A stretch of DNA of 64,000 nucleotides from an uncultured Methanosarcinales archaeon (lineage in GTDB: Archaea > Nanobdellota > Nanobdellia > Woesearchaeales > CAZYIM01): the NCBI GenBank assembly GCA_964647565.1, contig CAZYIM010000001.1:64001-128000 (forward strand), read 5' to 3'. The position numbers and the translations under genes were made by a program. Shown here one piece after another: positions 48,939 through 58,180 of the stretch. The notes beneath the pieces were generated by a model. It was given only the letters and a program-made list of their open reading frames with translations. It did not search any database and was not told the DNA's origin. The stretch's first letter is position 1. Each line of letters begins with the position of its first letter.

Positions 48939-49964
48939 TCAAGGGGCAGGCTCTGTATGGCCCAGGCTTCTATGTTGTTCTAGATAGAGCCTCAATTCAT
49001 TGTTCAGCTTATCAACCAGATTCTGGTCGTATCTCTCTGTCTTGAAAAGCTGCTCTGCTGTGCTCTTGCTCAATAGTTCATGCCTGATATCAGTCATCCT
49101 TCCAAAAAAAATATTGGCTTCAACAGGTATTATATCCTTTCTCGGATTATAGGGTGAACTGGTCTTAAAGCCTTCTATCTCTATATCTGTCCAGTCATCC
49201 CAGAAATCCTCGCGATATGAGGATGTTTGAATGATTTCAGTCTTCTTATTTAATTCAGGAAATTCCAGCTCGTATTCTGTGAAAGATCTGTACCCGATGA
49301 TCCAATCAGCAATCTCTTTTACCAAATAATGATCTTTGTCATCAAGATCTTTTTTATTCAATAGATGCAATTTCTCGAGTTGATTTTTTCCTTTTTGTTT
49401 CAAGCCAGTAAACTCACTCCAGCCGCAGGGTATCTTAAGCTTAGCATATCTATCTTCAAAGCGCTTGTCCTCTGCTAACCAGCTTTTAGTCCCATTTACA
49501 GGTTGATGTCGCTTGAGAATTTTCTTCTGCTGCCTTCTGACATCTGTATCAGCTGTCAAGACCAGCCAATCACCATCCATCATTATCCTTACAGCAGCAT
49601 CATACTCATTATGCCAGGAAGAATCTTCCCTGTTTGCTGAAAAATACTCAATCCTTATGTCATCTTTTGCTGTTTTCTCATATATGCTCATCAGGCTTAT
49701 ATCATCATATCCGCCCCATTCCCGCCAGCGATTGGGTATCCTGTCTGTTGATGACAGGTAGATAAGGCTTTTTCTGCTGTTCTTTTTTTGCTCAAGATAA
49801 TCTGATAACTCATCAGTCATCTTTGCCAATTTTATATCTGAATCTGATTTGTTCGGATAGAAATAAGCCATGCAACTCCTGTTTTTGTTGGCTTCTTTAA
49901 AGTCTGCATTGGCTTTTTCCCAGTCAAACTGGCTCTTGATAAGGTTTTTCAGGTTTTTTTTCAT
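48939..49964 (-). CDS. Hypothetical protein
   Basis: 341-aa ORF; GGAGGT RBS. Confidence 0.7.
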   Translation of the reverse strand: MKKNLKNLIKSQFDWEKANADFKEANKNRSCMAYFYPNKSDSDIKLAKMTDELSDYLEQKKNSRKSLIYLSSTDRIPNRWREWGGYDDISLMSIYEKTAKDDIRIEYFSANREDSSWHNEYDAAVRIMMDGDWLVLTADTDVRRQQKKILKRHQPVNGTKSWLAEDKRFEDRYAKLKIPCGWSEFTGLKQKGKNQLEKLHLLNKKDLDDKDHYLVKEIADWIIGYRSFTEYELEFPELNKKTEIIQTSSYREDFWDDWTDIEIEGFKTSSPYNPRKDIIPVEANIFFGRMTDIRHELLSKSTAEQLFKTERYDQNLVDKLNNELRLYLEQHRSLGHTEPAP

Positions 49965-49966
49965 TT

Positions 49967-50653
49967 TCAGTTACCTCCTATGATTTTCTTAGAATTTCTT
50001 TTTAGCTCAAAATCAAGAATCTCCCTGGAAGCATAAGCAGTATGATTCGTAGTTTCCCATCTAATATCTGCTTCACTTGTCCAGTCAAAATATTTCTTTG
50101 TTGAAGTCTCAGATCTATCAGGCCCAAAAGTCAACCGTAGATCAACGCTGTCAGCCTCTAGATGCAAGGGTTGATATAGTCTAATCCGGGGAACAATAAT
50201 ATTTGTATAAGGTTCTGTCCGGACTATTTTTATCAGGTCGTACAAGGATTCATAGGATTGCTTAATCTTTTTTTCCATTTTGCAGTCTTCAGTGATTGTT
50301 TTCTCCCATTTTATTGCTTGTATAGGCTCGATTAGCTTATGCCTGCGAGTGTTGGGAAATGTTGTAAACGGCATTAAATATTCATAAGCCATACTGGCCT
50401 TGGACCACGGGGGATGAACGCTTTTCCAGCTATGTTCATAATCCATATATGCAAGCTCACTATATCGATATATCCGATTCCTTATAGTTCCAATACTGCA
50501 GTTATTTTGACATGCGTTGCTGGTCTCTCGGTTGTTGTATTTCCTGACAAGTTCCAGGTCGATAATCCTTGTTAAAAAGCTGTCAAAGCAGTTGGGTTGT
50601 TTCTGGAGTTTAACATGAACAGGATCAAGCCATCTCAATTTTTGTTGTTCCAT
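49967..50653 (-). CDS. Hypothetical protein
   Basis: 228-aa ORF; GGTGA RBS. Confidence 0.7.
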   Translation of the reverse strand: MEQQKLRWLDPVHVKLQKQPNCFDSFLTRIIDLELVRKYNNRETSNACQNNCSIGTIRNRIYRYSELAYMDYEHSWKSVHPPWSKASMAYEYLMPFTTFPNTRRHKLIEPIQAIKWEKTITEDCKMEKKIKQSYESLYDLIKIVRTEPYTNIIVPRIRLYQPLHLEADSVDLRLTFGPDRSETSTKKYFDWTSEADIRWETTNHTAYASREILDFELKRNSKKIIGGN

Positions 50654-50754
50654 TGTTTATCACCAATAATAGGAGTAATTCTAGAGATTTAGTAATGATT
50701 GATATGAATCATATCATTAATATCACAACATTTAAATATAAGCTATGATATCAT

Positions 50755-51630
50755 ATGCTCATGAGACGGAAATTGATCCGGCAAGGGCGAGGGGGACTCA
50801 CCTTTTACATACCAAAGCAGTGGACAGAGGAGCGGAAACTGACTGCGGGGGATGAAATAGACGTAGAGGAGGTTGAAAATAACCTCCTTATTTCTTCTGA
50901 CAAGAGGCACAAGCAAAAAGAGATCGCATTAAGTCTAGGCAATGAAAGCCAGGAATTTATCCGGAACTACTTGAACCAGCTATACAAGTTGGGCTATGAC
51001 AAGATAAGCATAAGCTCCAAGAGTGCGTCAAAGCTCTTATTGTGCAAGAAGTTCACAAGCATGTTTTTACTCGGGTTTGAGGTAATAGAGGACAAAAAGG
51101 GTCTGTTGGTTCTTGAGAACATAACAGGCCCAAAGAACGAGAAGGAAGATATCCTCTTAAGGAGGATGTTCTTTCTGATTCGGGATTCATACAATATGCT
51201 GATAGATGACCTGGAGAACAAACAATCCGAACATCAAAAAGACGTCTTCAGAAACACCAGGAAGGTAACAGAGTACGACAACCTGCTCAAAAGAGGATTG
51301 GTCACCCAGAATTTTGCATTTGGCCACCAGTTCTTCAAATGGGAGATGTACTCATCTCTGGTATTGATACAGCACCACTTCTACCACATCTATGCTCAAT
51401 CGATGAATATCACAGACAGAGATTATCTTGATCAGTTATTTGAAAATTTCAACGGCATCTACGAAGCATTCTACAAGAACGATCAAACTAGCTTAGACAA
51501 GCTCCAAAAAGAGGCCAACAGGCTCTGGGTTGAGGGACTGACGAGCCTTTTGGCTGATTTCGCAAGACTGCAATATCTATTGTGTACGCCTATAATAGGA
51601 TTGAAGACAAAAAGCAAAGAAGAAAAATAA
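50755..51630 (+). CDS. AbrB-domain phosphate-uptake regulator (PhoU-like)
   Basis: RRKLIRQG...IPKQW..L.AGDEI; YKLGYD; GFEV; LRRMF. Confidence 0.8.
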   Translation: MLMRRKLIRQGRGGLTFYIPKQWTEERKLTAGDEIDVEEVENNLLISSDKRHKQKEIALSLGNESQEFIRNYLNQLYKLGYDKISISSKSASKLLLCKKFTSMFLLGFEVIEDKKGLLVLENITGPKNEKEDILLRRMFFLIRDSYNMLIDDLENKQSEHQKDVFRNTRKVTEYDNLLKRGLVTQNFAFGHQFFKWEMYSSLVLIQHHFYHIYAQSMNITDRDYLDQLFENFNGIYEAFYKNDQTSLDKLQKEANRLWVEGLTSLLADFARLQYLLCTPIIGLKTKSKEEK

Positions 51631-51634
51631 GAAA

Positions 51635-52456
51635 TTACAATTTTGTTAGTGTACAGACCTGTGGCCCACGTTCTTTTACATAAGTCGTATAAGAGTCTAC
51701 AAGTCTCTTGCCTAGAACAGCGATTGAGTTATTGTATTGCTCTGCGGTCTGGGATAGAGTCTTAACAGGATCATGCTCTATCTTAGCAGGTCTGAATTTA
51801 AGATCATAGACTGGATCTAACATGAAATTTGCAAAGTTGAAGCCGATCTGTCTCCAGCCATCCATTAACACCTCGTTTAAGATAGTAGATGCGATGATTA
51901 GACCTTCCTTCATACTTCCAAGCTCTTCATTAAGGCTTGTGCTGACAGTTGACATCGTATACATCATGTCTATTGCATCAGTAAGGTAGTTCTTGAAATT
52001 CTCTGATTTTGGGAACATTTCCCTGATTGCAGACTTAATATTTTGGTCATGTGCCAGCGGCTGTTGTTCCATTGCCTTACTCATATTTTCTCGCACTTCC
52101 TCACCAGCCTCAAAGGCCTGCATAAAGCTTTGGATTGCTTCGAAACACTTTAATCCCTGCAAACTTGACCCGAGGGTCTTATACTGAGTATAAAGTTTAT
52201 TCATATCACTCTCTCCTAAAATACCTTCCAGATATGCCCTGTATGCTTCCTGCGGAGTCTTAGGATTACATTGCTCTGTCAGAAGCTTTTGGGCTGAAAT
52301 CCTTCCAACTTGATTCAACTCATCAATTTCCATTATTTCAGCTATCACATCAAGATACTTTGTTTCCTGTACTTTGAAGATTCCAGAGTGTTCTTTAGCA
52401 AAATTATCTAAATGTGATGTTAGATATCTGCCCATATTTTCTACTACATTTTCCAT
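51635..52456 (-). CDS. Hypothetical helical protein
   Basis: GGGTGG RBS; degenerate operator/TATA at 52501-52542. Confidence 0.7.
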   Translation of the reverse strand: MENVVENMGRYLTSHLDNFAKEHSGIFKVQETKYLDVIAEIMEIDELNQVGRISAQKLLTEQCNPKTPQEAYRAYLEGILGESDMNKLYTQYKTLGSSLQGLKCFEAIQSFMQAFEAGEEVRENMSKAMEQQPLAHDQNIKSAIREMFPKSENFKNYLTDAIDMMYTMSTVSTSLNEELGSMKEGLIIASTILNEVLMDGWRQIGFNFANFMLDPVYDLKFRPAKIEHDPVKTLSQTAEQYNNSIAVLGKRLVDSYTTYVKERGPQVCTLTKL

Positions 52457-52540
52457 TTATTACCACCCGAATATGTTTTAAAAACAGAATAATTATAAGC
52501 TATTTAAAACTTTCTACAATTCATAACTATGAAGTGAATA

Positions 52541-53680
52541 CTACTTCCTTAGTACGGGCGCCAGCTTATCAAGAACTTCTGCATAATCAATGCCTTTTGA
52601 GCTGTCTACTGCATGATAAAAACCGTGATGCATCGATGCCTGGCCTGCTTGTATCATCTCTTCCAACTTGCCATTAGGCATCTGCAGTTTCAGCTTATTG
52701 TCGAGATGCTGCAGGTCAAGATTATCCCTTTCTTTGCATCTCCTGATCCTTTCAGTAAAATCACAATTAATCAAGATGCAATTATAGTTGACATGAGGTA
52801 GCATGTTATATTCGACTATATAAGCAGCATCCACCAATACGATGCTCCTTTTCTTGAATCTGTATTCTGCCAGTTCCTCCTCAAACTGGACATGTGAAGG
52901 GATACCGAAGATACTGTTCAGCTTCTGCATGGATTCATGATTGCCAAAGGCTATCTTAGACATCTTTTTTCTGTCAATCTTATCTGCAGTTATAATACCT
53001 TCACCGAAAATTTCTATCATTTGCTGTCTTGCCTGCTCATATAAAGGTCCCTCTTTTTCAAACACCTTTTTTCCAAAGGAGTCAAAATCAATATGGAATA
53101 AATTATCATAGCCTGCTTTTTTTGCATATTCAATCAATTCCTGGCAAAAGGTAGTCTTGCCTGAGCCCATGTTTCCTGTCACACCTACCAAAGTCTGGTT
53201 CCATATCTTCTCTTCAAGGCCTTGTTTGACAGCAGGATGCACATAGTCATGTACAAAGCTGCCTGATTTCACTATTGCCTTGACCATGGTTGAACTTACA
53301 TCCCTAAAGCCGTTTGGAGCAGGAATAACAAAGGTCTGCAATCCAAATTCATTGTTAAAGTCAGATAGTCTCTGTTCATACTCAAAATCCATAGGTTTCC
53401 TTGAACCTCTTATTATGAATTTGGCGCCCTTTTGCACTACATAATTCCGTAATACACCCTCAAAACTCTCCACTATCACATTCTCTACGCCAGCAGTTTT
53501 GACTGCCTTTTTAGCCAACTGTATCCTTTCACTCATACTAAAGAGGCAGTTCTTTTCTGGATTGGGTCCTATTGAGAAATATATCTTTTCAAAGAGCCTT
53601 GATTTGGCAGCCGCACTCAAAGTATAGATGTGGCCATTGTGTATGGGATCTGCAGATAAAGGATAGACAGCTATTGCCAT
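52541..53680 (-). CDS. coaD-coaE: Bifunctional phosphopantetheine adenylyltransferase / dephospho-CoA kinase
   Basis: YP.S.DPIHNGH, IIRG.R..DFEYE, SSTMVK; then GVTGNMGSGKT, DFD, IDRK, RI.R...RD. Confidence 0.85.
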   Translation of the reverse strand: MAIAVYPLSADPIHNGHIYTLSAAAKSRLFEKIYFSIGPNPEKNCLFSMSERIQLAKKAVKTAGVENVIVESFEGVLRNYVVQKGAKFIIRGSRKPMDFEYEQRLSDFNNEFGLQTFVIPAPNGFRDVSSTMVKAIVKSGSFVHDYVHPAVKQGLEEKIWNQTLVGVTGNMGSGKTTFCQELIEYAKKAGYDNLFHIDFDSFGKKVFEKEGPLYEQARQQMIEIFGEGIITADKIDRKKMSKIAFGNHESMQKLNSIFGIPSHVQFEEELAEYRFKKRSIVLVDAAYIVEYNMLPHVNYNCILINCDFTERIRRCKERDNLDLQHLDNKLKLQMPNGKLEEMIQAGQASMHHGFYHAVDSSKGIDYAEVLDKLAPVLRK

Positions 53681-53777
53681 TTTTTATCACCAGTCCTATA
53701 ATCCCCCAGGAAAATATAATTCTATTCTATAAAGAAATTTAAAGAAAGTAAAAAGTTTAAATAAGAATGAATAAAAG

Positions 53778-54086
53778 TTATTTAGTCAGAATGATGCTTT
53801 CAAGCTGTCGCTTTATTTTGCCTGCTTCCTTTCGGTCATTGTTGGGTTCAAAGATCTCAAAATGAAGATGCTCATGCTCGTAATGCAACTTCAGTCTGCA
53901 GCCGTCTTTGAGATTATATTCCTGACGTGCAGGTATTCCCTTAAAAGAATTCTGTTCCTTCTCGCCTTTATAATCTTCATAGTTCAGGCTGTTTTCCTCG
54001 AGATATTCCTCAAGTTTTGACCAGCGATCATCATGTATCAGGATATAGTTGATGATCTTGTCAATGATGGGTTTTTCCTTGCTCAT
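53778..54086 (-). CDS. Hypothetical protein
   Basis: ATGA coupling to the upstream gene. Confidence 0.65.
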   Translation of the reverse strand: MSKEKPIIDKIINYILIHDDRWSKLEEYLEENSLNYEDYKGEKEQNSFKGIPARQEYNLKDGCRLKLHYEHEHLHFEIFEPNNDRKEAGKIKRQLESIILTK

Positions 54087-54421
54087 TTGTTTAGCTCTAT
54101 AAGTTGACATATGGGTCGTCTAATTTGAGTTGCCTGTCTCCAGCCTAAAGCTGAATAGACACCGACTTGTAAAGAATTATCTCTCCTGGTCAGGTAGATT
54201 TCTGAAGCTGTTTGGGGTAAATCAAAAATATATGTGGTCTGTATGACCTGGCCAGGCATATTTGATGATAGGTTGGCCTTCTTGTTGATTTTCAGCCTCT
54301 TTTTTCCACCCTGATCGTTAATATAACTCTCAATTTGCGGCCATAACGAACCAATCGTGTCTGCACCTAACTTCTTATAAGATTTTGATGTTTGTGTTTT
54401 TTTCAAAATTGCCGGCGGCAT
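54083..54421 (-). CDS. Hypothetical protein
   Basis: Start reassigned to ATG 54421, 23 nt from TATA 54444-54451. Confidence 0.65.
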   Translation of the reverse strand: MPPAILKKTQTSKSYKKLGADTIGSLWPQIESYINDQGGKKRLKINKKANLSSNMPGQVIQTTYIFDLPQTASEIYLTRRDNSLQVGVYSALGWRQATQIRRPICQLIELNK

Positions 54422-54570
54422 GCCAACAAAAAAGATATTCCCCTTTATAAATATTCTCATTATTTACCACTTAAAAGGGGTGATTAAGCACACTAGAAAA
54501 GATTTATCATAAAAATCATTTTGATTTCTATGACTTCGCTTTGCTCGTTCCTCAACTTTTGCTATATGCT

Positions 54571-54586
54571 AGAAAAATTTTATAAA
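54571..54586 (+). promoter_or_regulatory. BRE/TATA promoter of the leader-ileS transcript
   Basis: AGAAAAA-T-TTTATAAA; ATG 23 nt downstream, the same spacing as other apparently leaderless genes here. Confidence 0.7.
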
Positions 54587-54608
54587 TACTACCGATTTCT
54601 ACTACTAC

Positions 54609-54674
54609 ATGGCTACTGTAATAGCAAAAGAGTTAAAAACTATTGCCAGTATTATTTCTATCATTATCATGTGA
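54609..54674 (+). CDS. Putative Ile-rich leader peptide MATVIAKELKTIASIISIIIM
   Basis: 7 of 21 codons are Ile, with an IISIII cluster before the stop; 68 nt upstream of ileS. Confidence 0.7.
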   Translation: MATVIAKELKTIASIISIIIM

Positions 54675-54742
54675 TTAGCTGGTTCTTTCTAGGACTGGCA
54701 GCCGAATGATGGTAGAATAAAGAAGATAAAGGTGCATTTCAA

Positions 54743-57700
54743 ATGAAAATCGAAAAGAACTATGATTTCAAAAAGATAGAAAACGAGGTCCATGCGCTCT
54801 GGAAGCGAATAAAGCTGTTGGAGCTTTGGCAAAAACAGAATGCAAAGGGCGAGAAATACTTTTTGCTGGACGGACCGCCGTATGCCAACTATGTCCCGCA
54901 TGTAGGTCATATCAGGAATACTGTCTTTAAGGACATGTATATCAGGATCGCTTTTCAGGAAGGCAGGAATGTCTTCTTCCAGCCTGGTTTTGACACCCAC
55001 GGCCTGCCTATCGAGAATATGGTGGAAAAAAAGCTTAAGCTAACATCCAAAAAGGATATCCAGAAGATGGGCATAAGAAAATTCATGAAAGAGTGCAGGG
55101 ACAGCGCCGCCCTAAACAAGGACCTCTGGCTGGAAGCCTACAGGAACCTGGGTTCAGTATATGCATGGAACGATCCCTATCTGACTTATGAGAACAGCTA
55201 TATCGAATCTACCTGGTGGTCTTTCAAGCAACTCTGGGACAAGGGCCAAACGTATGAGGGTAAGAGACCTGTATTCTGGTGTCCAAAGTGTGAAACTGCT
55301 TTAGCAGGCTACGAGGCTACAGACTCTTATAAGAATGTTTCAGACCCTTCTGTGATTGTAAGATTCAAGGTAAAGGGAACCCAGGACGACTATCTATTAG
55401 TCTTCACAACAACACCCTGGACTCTTCCTGCCAATGCAGCTATTGCAGTCAAGAGTGATGAGGATTATGTTAAGGTCAAGACAGAGCAGTGGGATAACCT
55501 CATACTGGCCAAGAACTGCCTAAAACTACTAGACCAAATAAAGGTCAAATATGATATTATTGAGACCTTCAAGGGTGTGAAACTTGACGGAATGAAATAC
55601 GAATCATTATTGGATGTACCCTGTCAAAAAGAGCTGCAAAATAATCCAAATGCATTAAGGGTCTATTTGTCAATCCCTATCCTAAAAGAAAGAGTGGCCT
55701 CAAAGGTTGGAGCAAAGAAGGGCATCACAACAGGTGATGTATTTGAGGATTTTGTCACAGTCGAAGACGGAACAGGTATGGTCCATACTGCGCCAGGACA
55801 TGGAAAGACAGACAATATGGTAGGTCTTCACTATAAGATTCCTGAGATCAGTCCCCTTGATGATGAATGCAAGTTCACAGATGAGGCTGGCAAGTATCAG
55901 GGCATGTTTGTCAAGGATGCAGACCATGTGATCGCAGAAGACATGCATCAGCAAAAGAAGCTTGTGCACTTTTCAAGGATAGAGCACTCCTATCCATTAT
56001 GCTGGAGATGCAAAGCACCTTTAATTTTCAGAATGTCCAACCAATGGTTTTTGAAAATCGATCCTGTAAGGGAAAAGATGTTAAAGGCTAATGAAGAGGT
56101 CAACTGGCAGCCTGAATTTGCAAGAGACAGGTTTAGGGACTGGGTGGCCAATGCAGAGGACTGGAACTTCTCAAGGCAGAGATACTGGGGCATCCCTATC
56201 CCTATCTGGAAGTGTGAATGCGGAGATATGAAAGCTATTGGCTCTGTAGAGGAACTAAACAAGGATGCTGTTAAGAAAGTTGATGAAAAGTTCGATCTTC
56301 ATACTGTCAATGATGTGAAATTAAAATGTAAGTGCGGAAAGGAGATGACCCGGATCAACGAGATCTTTGATGTCTGGTATGACTCTGGAAGCTCACCTTA
56401 TGCAGCTATGGGATATCCGTTCAAGAACAAGGAACTTTTCGAAAGCCACTTCCCTGTAGACAGGATTAATGAATCCCAGGACCAGGTAAGAGGTTGGTTC
56501 TATTCCCTTATGTTCTGCGGCATATCTGTCTTTGGCAAGGCCCCATACAAAACAGTGTCCATGCCTGGCTGGGTAGTTGACAAGATGGGCGATAAGATGT
56601 CAAAATCAGTAGGCAATGTGGTCTTTGCAAAGGATGCACTGAATGATTTTGGTGCAGATGCACTACGCTTCTATTATTGCTGGGATATTGCAGCATATAG
56701 TCTGCAGAAGTTCAACACTGAAACCATAAAGACTGAAGTCTCTAAGTTATTCAATATTCTCTGGAACCTGCACAACTTCGTATTGAATCATGGCGAGCAG
56801 ATGAAAGAGCCAAAAACTGAGAAGATAGAGGACAAATGGATTCTCTCAAGATTAAATAGTGTAATCGGTTCTGCTAGGACGAACCTGGCAAGCTATGAGA
56901 TACACCTTGCTGGCAGGAACATCTATGACTTTATTTTGAACGACTTATCAAGGAGCTATGTACAGATCATAAGGGACAGGTTGGAATATGACCTTAATCC
57001 TATATATCTGATAAATTATTGCTTGAAGAAGATGGTGACGCTGATGGCACCGATATCTCCGTTCGTAACAGAGCAAATCTATCAGGACCTTAAGCAGGTC
57101 AATGATGGATTGAAGGAGTCTGTTCATCTTGAACTATTGCCAGACGCTGGCAAGTCAGATGAGAACTTGGAGAATGAGATGAAGGCTGTCTTTGATATCA
57201 TGGGTGCTGTACTCTCTGCAAGAGACAAAAGACAATTAGGAGTAAGATGGCCCTTGCAAAAAGTTGTTGTGGATACTGCGGACAAGACAGTTGTCAAGGC
57301 TTTGACAGATCTAAAAGAGCTGTTTTTAAAACAGGTCAACATCAAGGATGTCAAGTTTGAATCCTTTAAGGTAAATCTGAAGATCAAGCCCAACTATAGG
57401 AATCTTGGAAAGGCCTTTGGCCAGGAAACCGCAGACGTCATCGGCGCTATAAAAGAAGCTGAAAATGCTATTGTCAAAGAGTTAGAAGCTGGCAAGGAAG
57501 AGTTTTCTGTTGGCAAGTACAAGATCAAGAAGGATCATCTTGAGATCACGAAAGAGACTTCCGAGGATTTTGAGATGGCTGAATTCAAGAGCGGTTGTGT
57601 CTTTATTGAGACTCATCTGACTCCTGAATTAGAGGCAGAAGGCTTTGCGCGGGAGGTTATGCGAAGGGTTCAACAGCTTAGAAAGAAAGCTGATCTGCAC

Positions 57701-57892
57701 AAGAGCAACATGATAAAGCTAGCTGTTGAGACTGATATGCATGACACTTTAGGCAAGTTCGCAGATGAGATCAAGGGCAAGGTCGGTGCAGAAGAGATCT
57801 TGATAGTTGAAAAAAGCGACAAAAAATATGCATATATTTCAGAAGAAAAAGTGAAAGGCAGGGTTTTCAAGATACTCCTGGAAAAAGTATAA
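54743..57892 (+). CDS. ileS: Isoleucyl-tRNA synthetase (archaeal/eukaryotic type)
   Basis: DGPPYAN..HVGH, GFDTHGLP, TTTPWTLP, SRQRYWG, DQVRGWF, KMSKS, EGFARE. Confidence 0.97.
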   Translation: MKIEKNYDFKKIENEVHALWKRIKLLELWQKQNAKGEKYFLLDGPPYANYVPHVGHIRNTVFKDMYIRIAFQEGRNVFFQPGFDTHGLPIENMVEKKLKLTSKKDIQKMGIRKFMKECRDSAALNKDLWLEAYRNLGSVYAWNDPYLTYENSYIESTWWSFKQLWDKGQTYEGKRPVFWCPKCETALAGYEATDSYKNVSDPSVIVRFKVKGTQDDYLLVFTTTPWTLPANAAIAVKSDEDYVKVKTEQWDNLILAKNCLKLLDQIKVKYDIIETFKGVKLDGMKYESLLDVPCQKELQNNPNALRVYLSIPILKERVASKVGAKKGITTGDVFEDFVTVEDGTGMVHTAPGHGKTDNMVGLHYKIPEISPLDDECKFTDEAGKYQGMFVKDADHVIAEDMHQQKKLVHFSRIEHSYPLCWRCKAPLIFRMSNQWFLKIDPVREKMLKANEEVNWQPEFARDRFRDWVANAEDWNFSRQRYWGIPIPIWKCECGDMKAIGSVEELNKDAVKKVDEKFDLHTVNDVKLKCKCGKEMTRINEIFDVWYDSGSSPYAAMGYPFKNKELFESHFPVDRINESQDQVRGWFYSLMFCGISVFGKAPYKTVSMPGWVVDKMGDKMSKSVGNVVFAKDALNDFGADALRFYYCWDIAAYSLQKFNTETIKTEVSKLFNILWNLHNFVLNHGEQMKEPKTEKIEDKWILSRLNSVIGSARTNLASYEIHLAGRNIYDFILNDLSRSYVQIIRDRLEYDLNPIYLINYCLKKMVTLMAPISPFVTEQIYQDLKQVNDGLKESVHLELLPDAGKSDENLENEMKAVFDIMGAVLSARDKRQLGVRWPLQKVVVDTADKTVVKALTDLKELFLKQVNIKDVKFESFKVNLKIKPNYRNLGKAFGQETADVIGAIKEAENAIVKELEAGKEEFSVGKYKIKKDHLEITKETSEDFEMAEFKSGCVFIETHLTPELEAEGFAREVMRRVQQLRKKADLHKSNMIKLAVETDMHDTLGKFADEIKGKVGAEEILIVEKSDKKYAYISEEKVKGRVFKILLEKV

Positions 57893-57973
57893 ATCATCGA
57901 CGCATGGAATGGGACTCCAAGTGAAACGAAGGACGTCCCATACTAATCTCGGTGTCAATGGACGAAACCATTG

Positions 57974-58024
57974 GAAGAAACAGTCAAAAGCAGAAAGTTC
58001 AAGATATTTCTAGAGAAGATATAG
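57974..58024 (+). pseudogene. Diverged second copy of the ileS 3' end (EETVKSRKFKIFLEKI*)
   Basis: Aligns without gaps to 57842-57892 (EEKVKGRVFKILLEKV*); 11/16 aa and 37/51 nt identical by hand count. Confidence 0.75.
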
Positions 58025-58180
58025 ATTTCCAAATTGTATCCCATAACTGTAATATTTAATTATTTGTAGCCCATAACTTTTGTATTGTAAGGGGTGAAAT
58101 AAAACTAACATCGAAGATTAATGTTAGTTTAGAAAAGGTTTAAATATAACTTAGTTTTTATCAGTTTTAGGTGGTTGAAC

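Noticed and set aside
54521..54709. 62-aa ORF upstream of ileS; also considered a T-box riboswitch
   Set aside because: The ORF starts upstream of the TATA box in another frame; no T-box consensus (AAGGTGGnACC-like) or specifier stem recognised, and the leader is short
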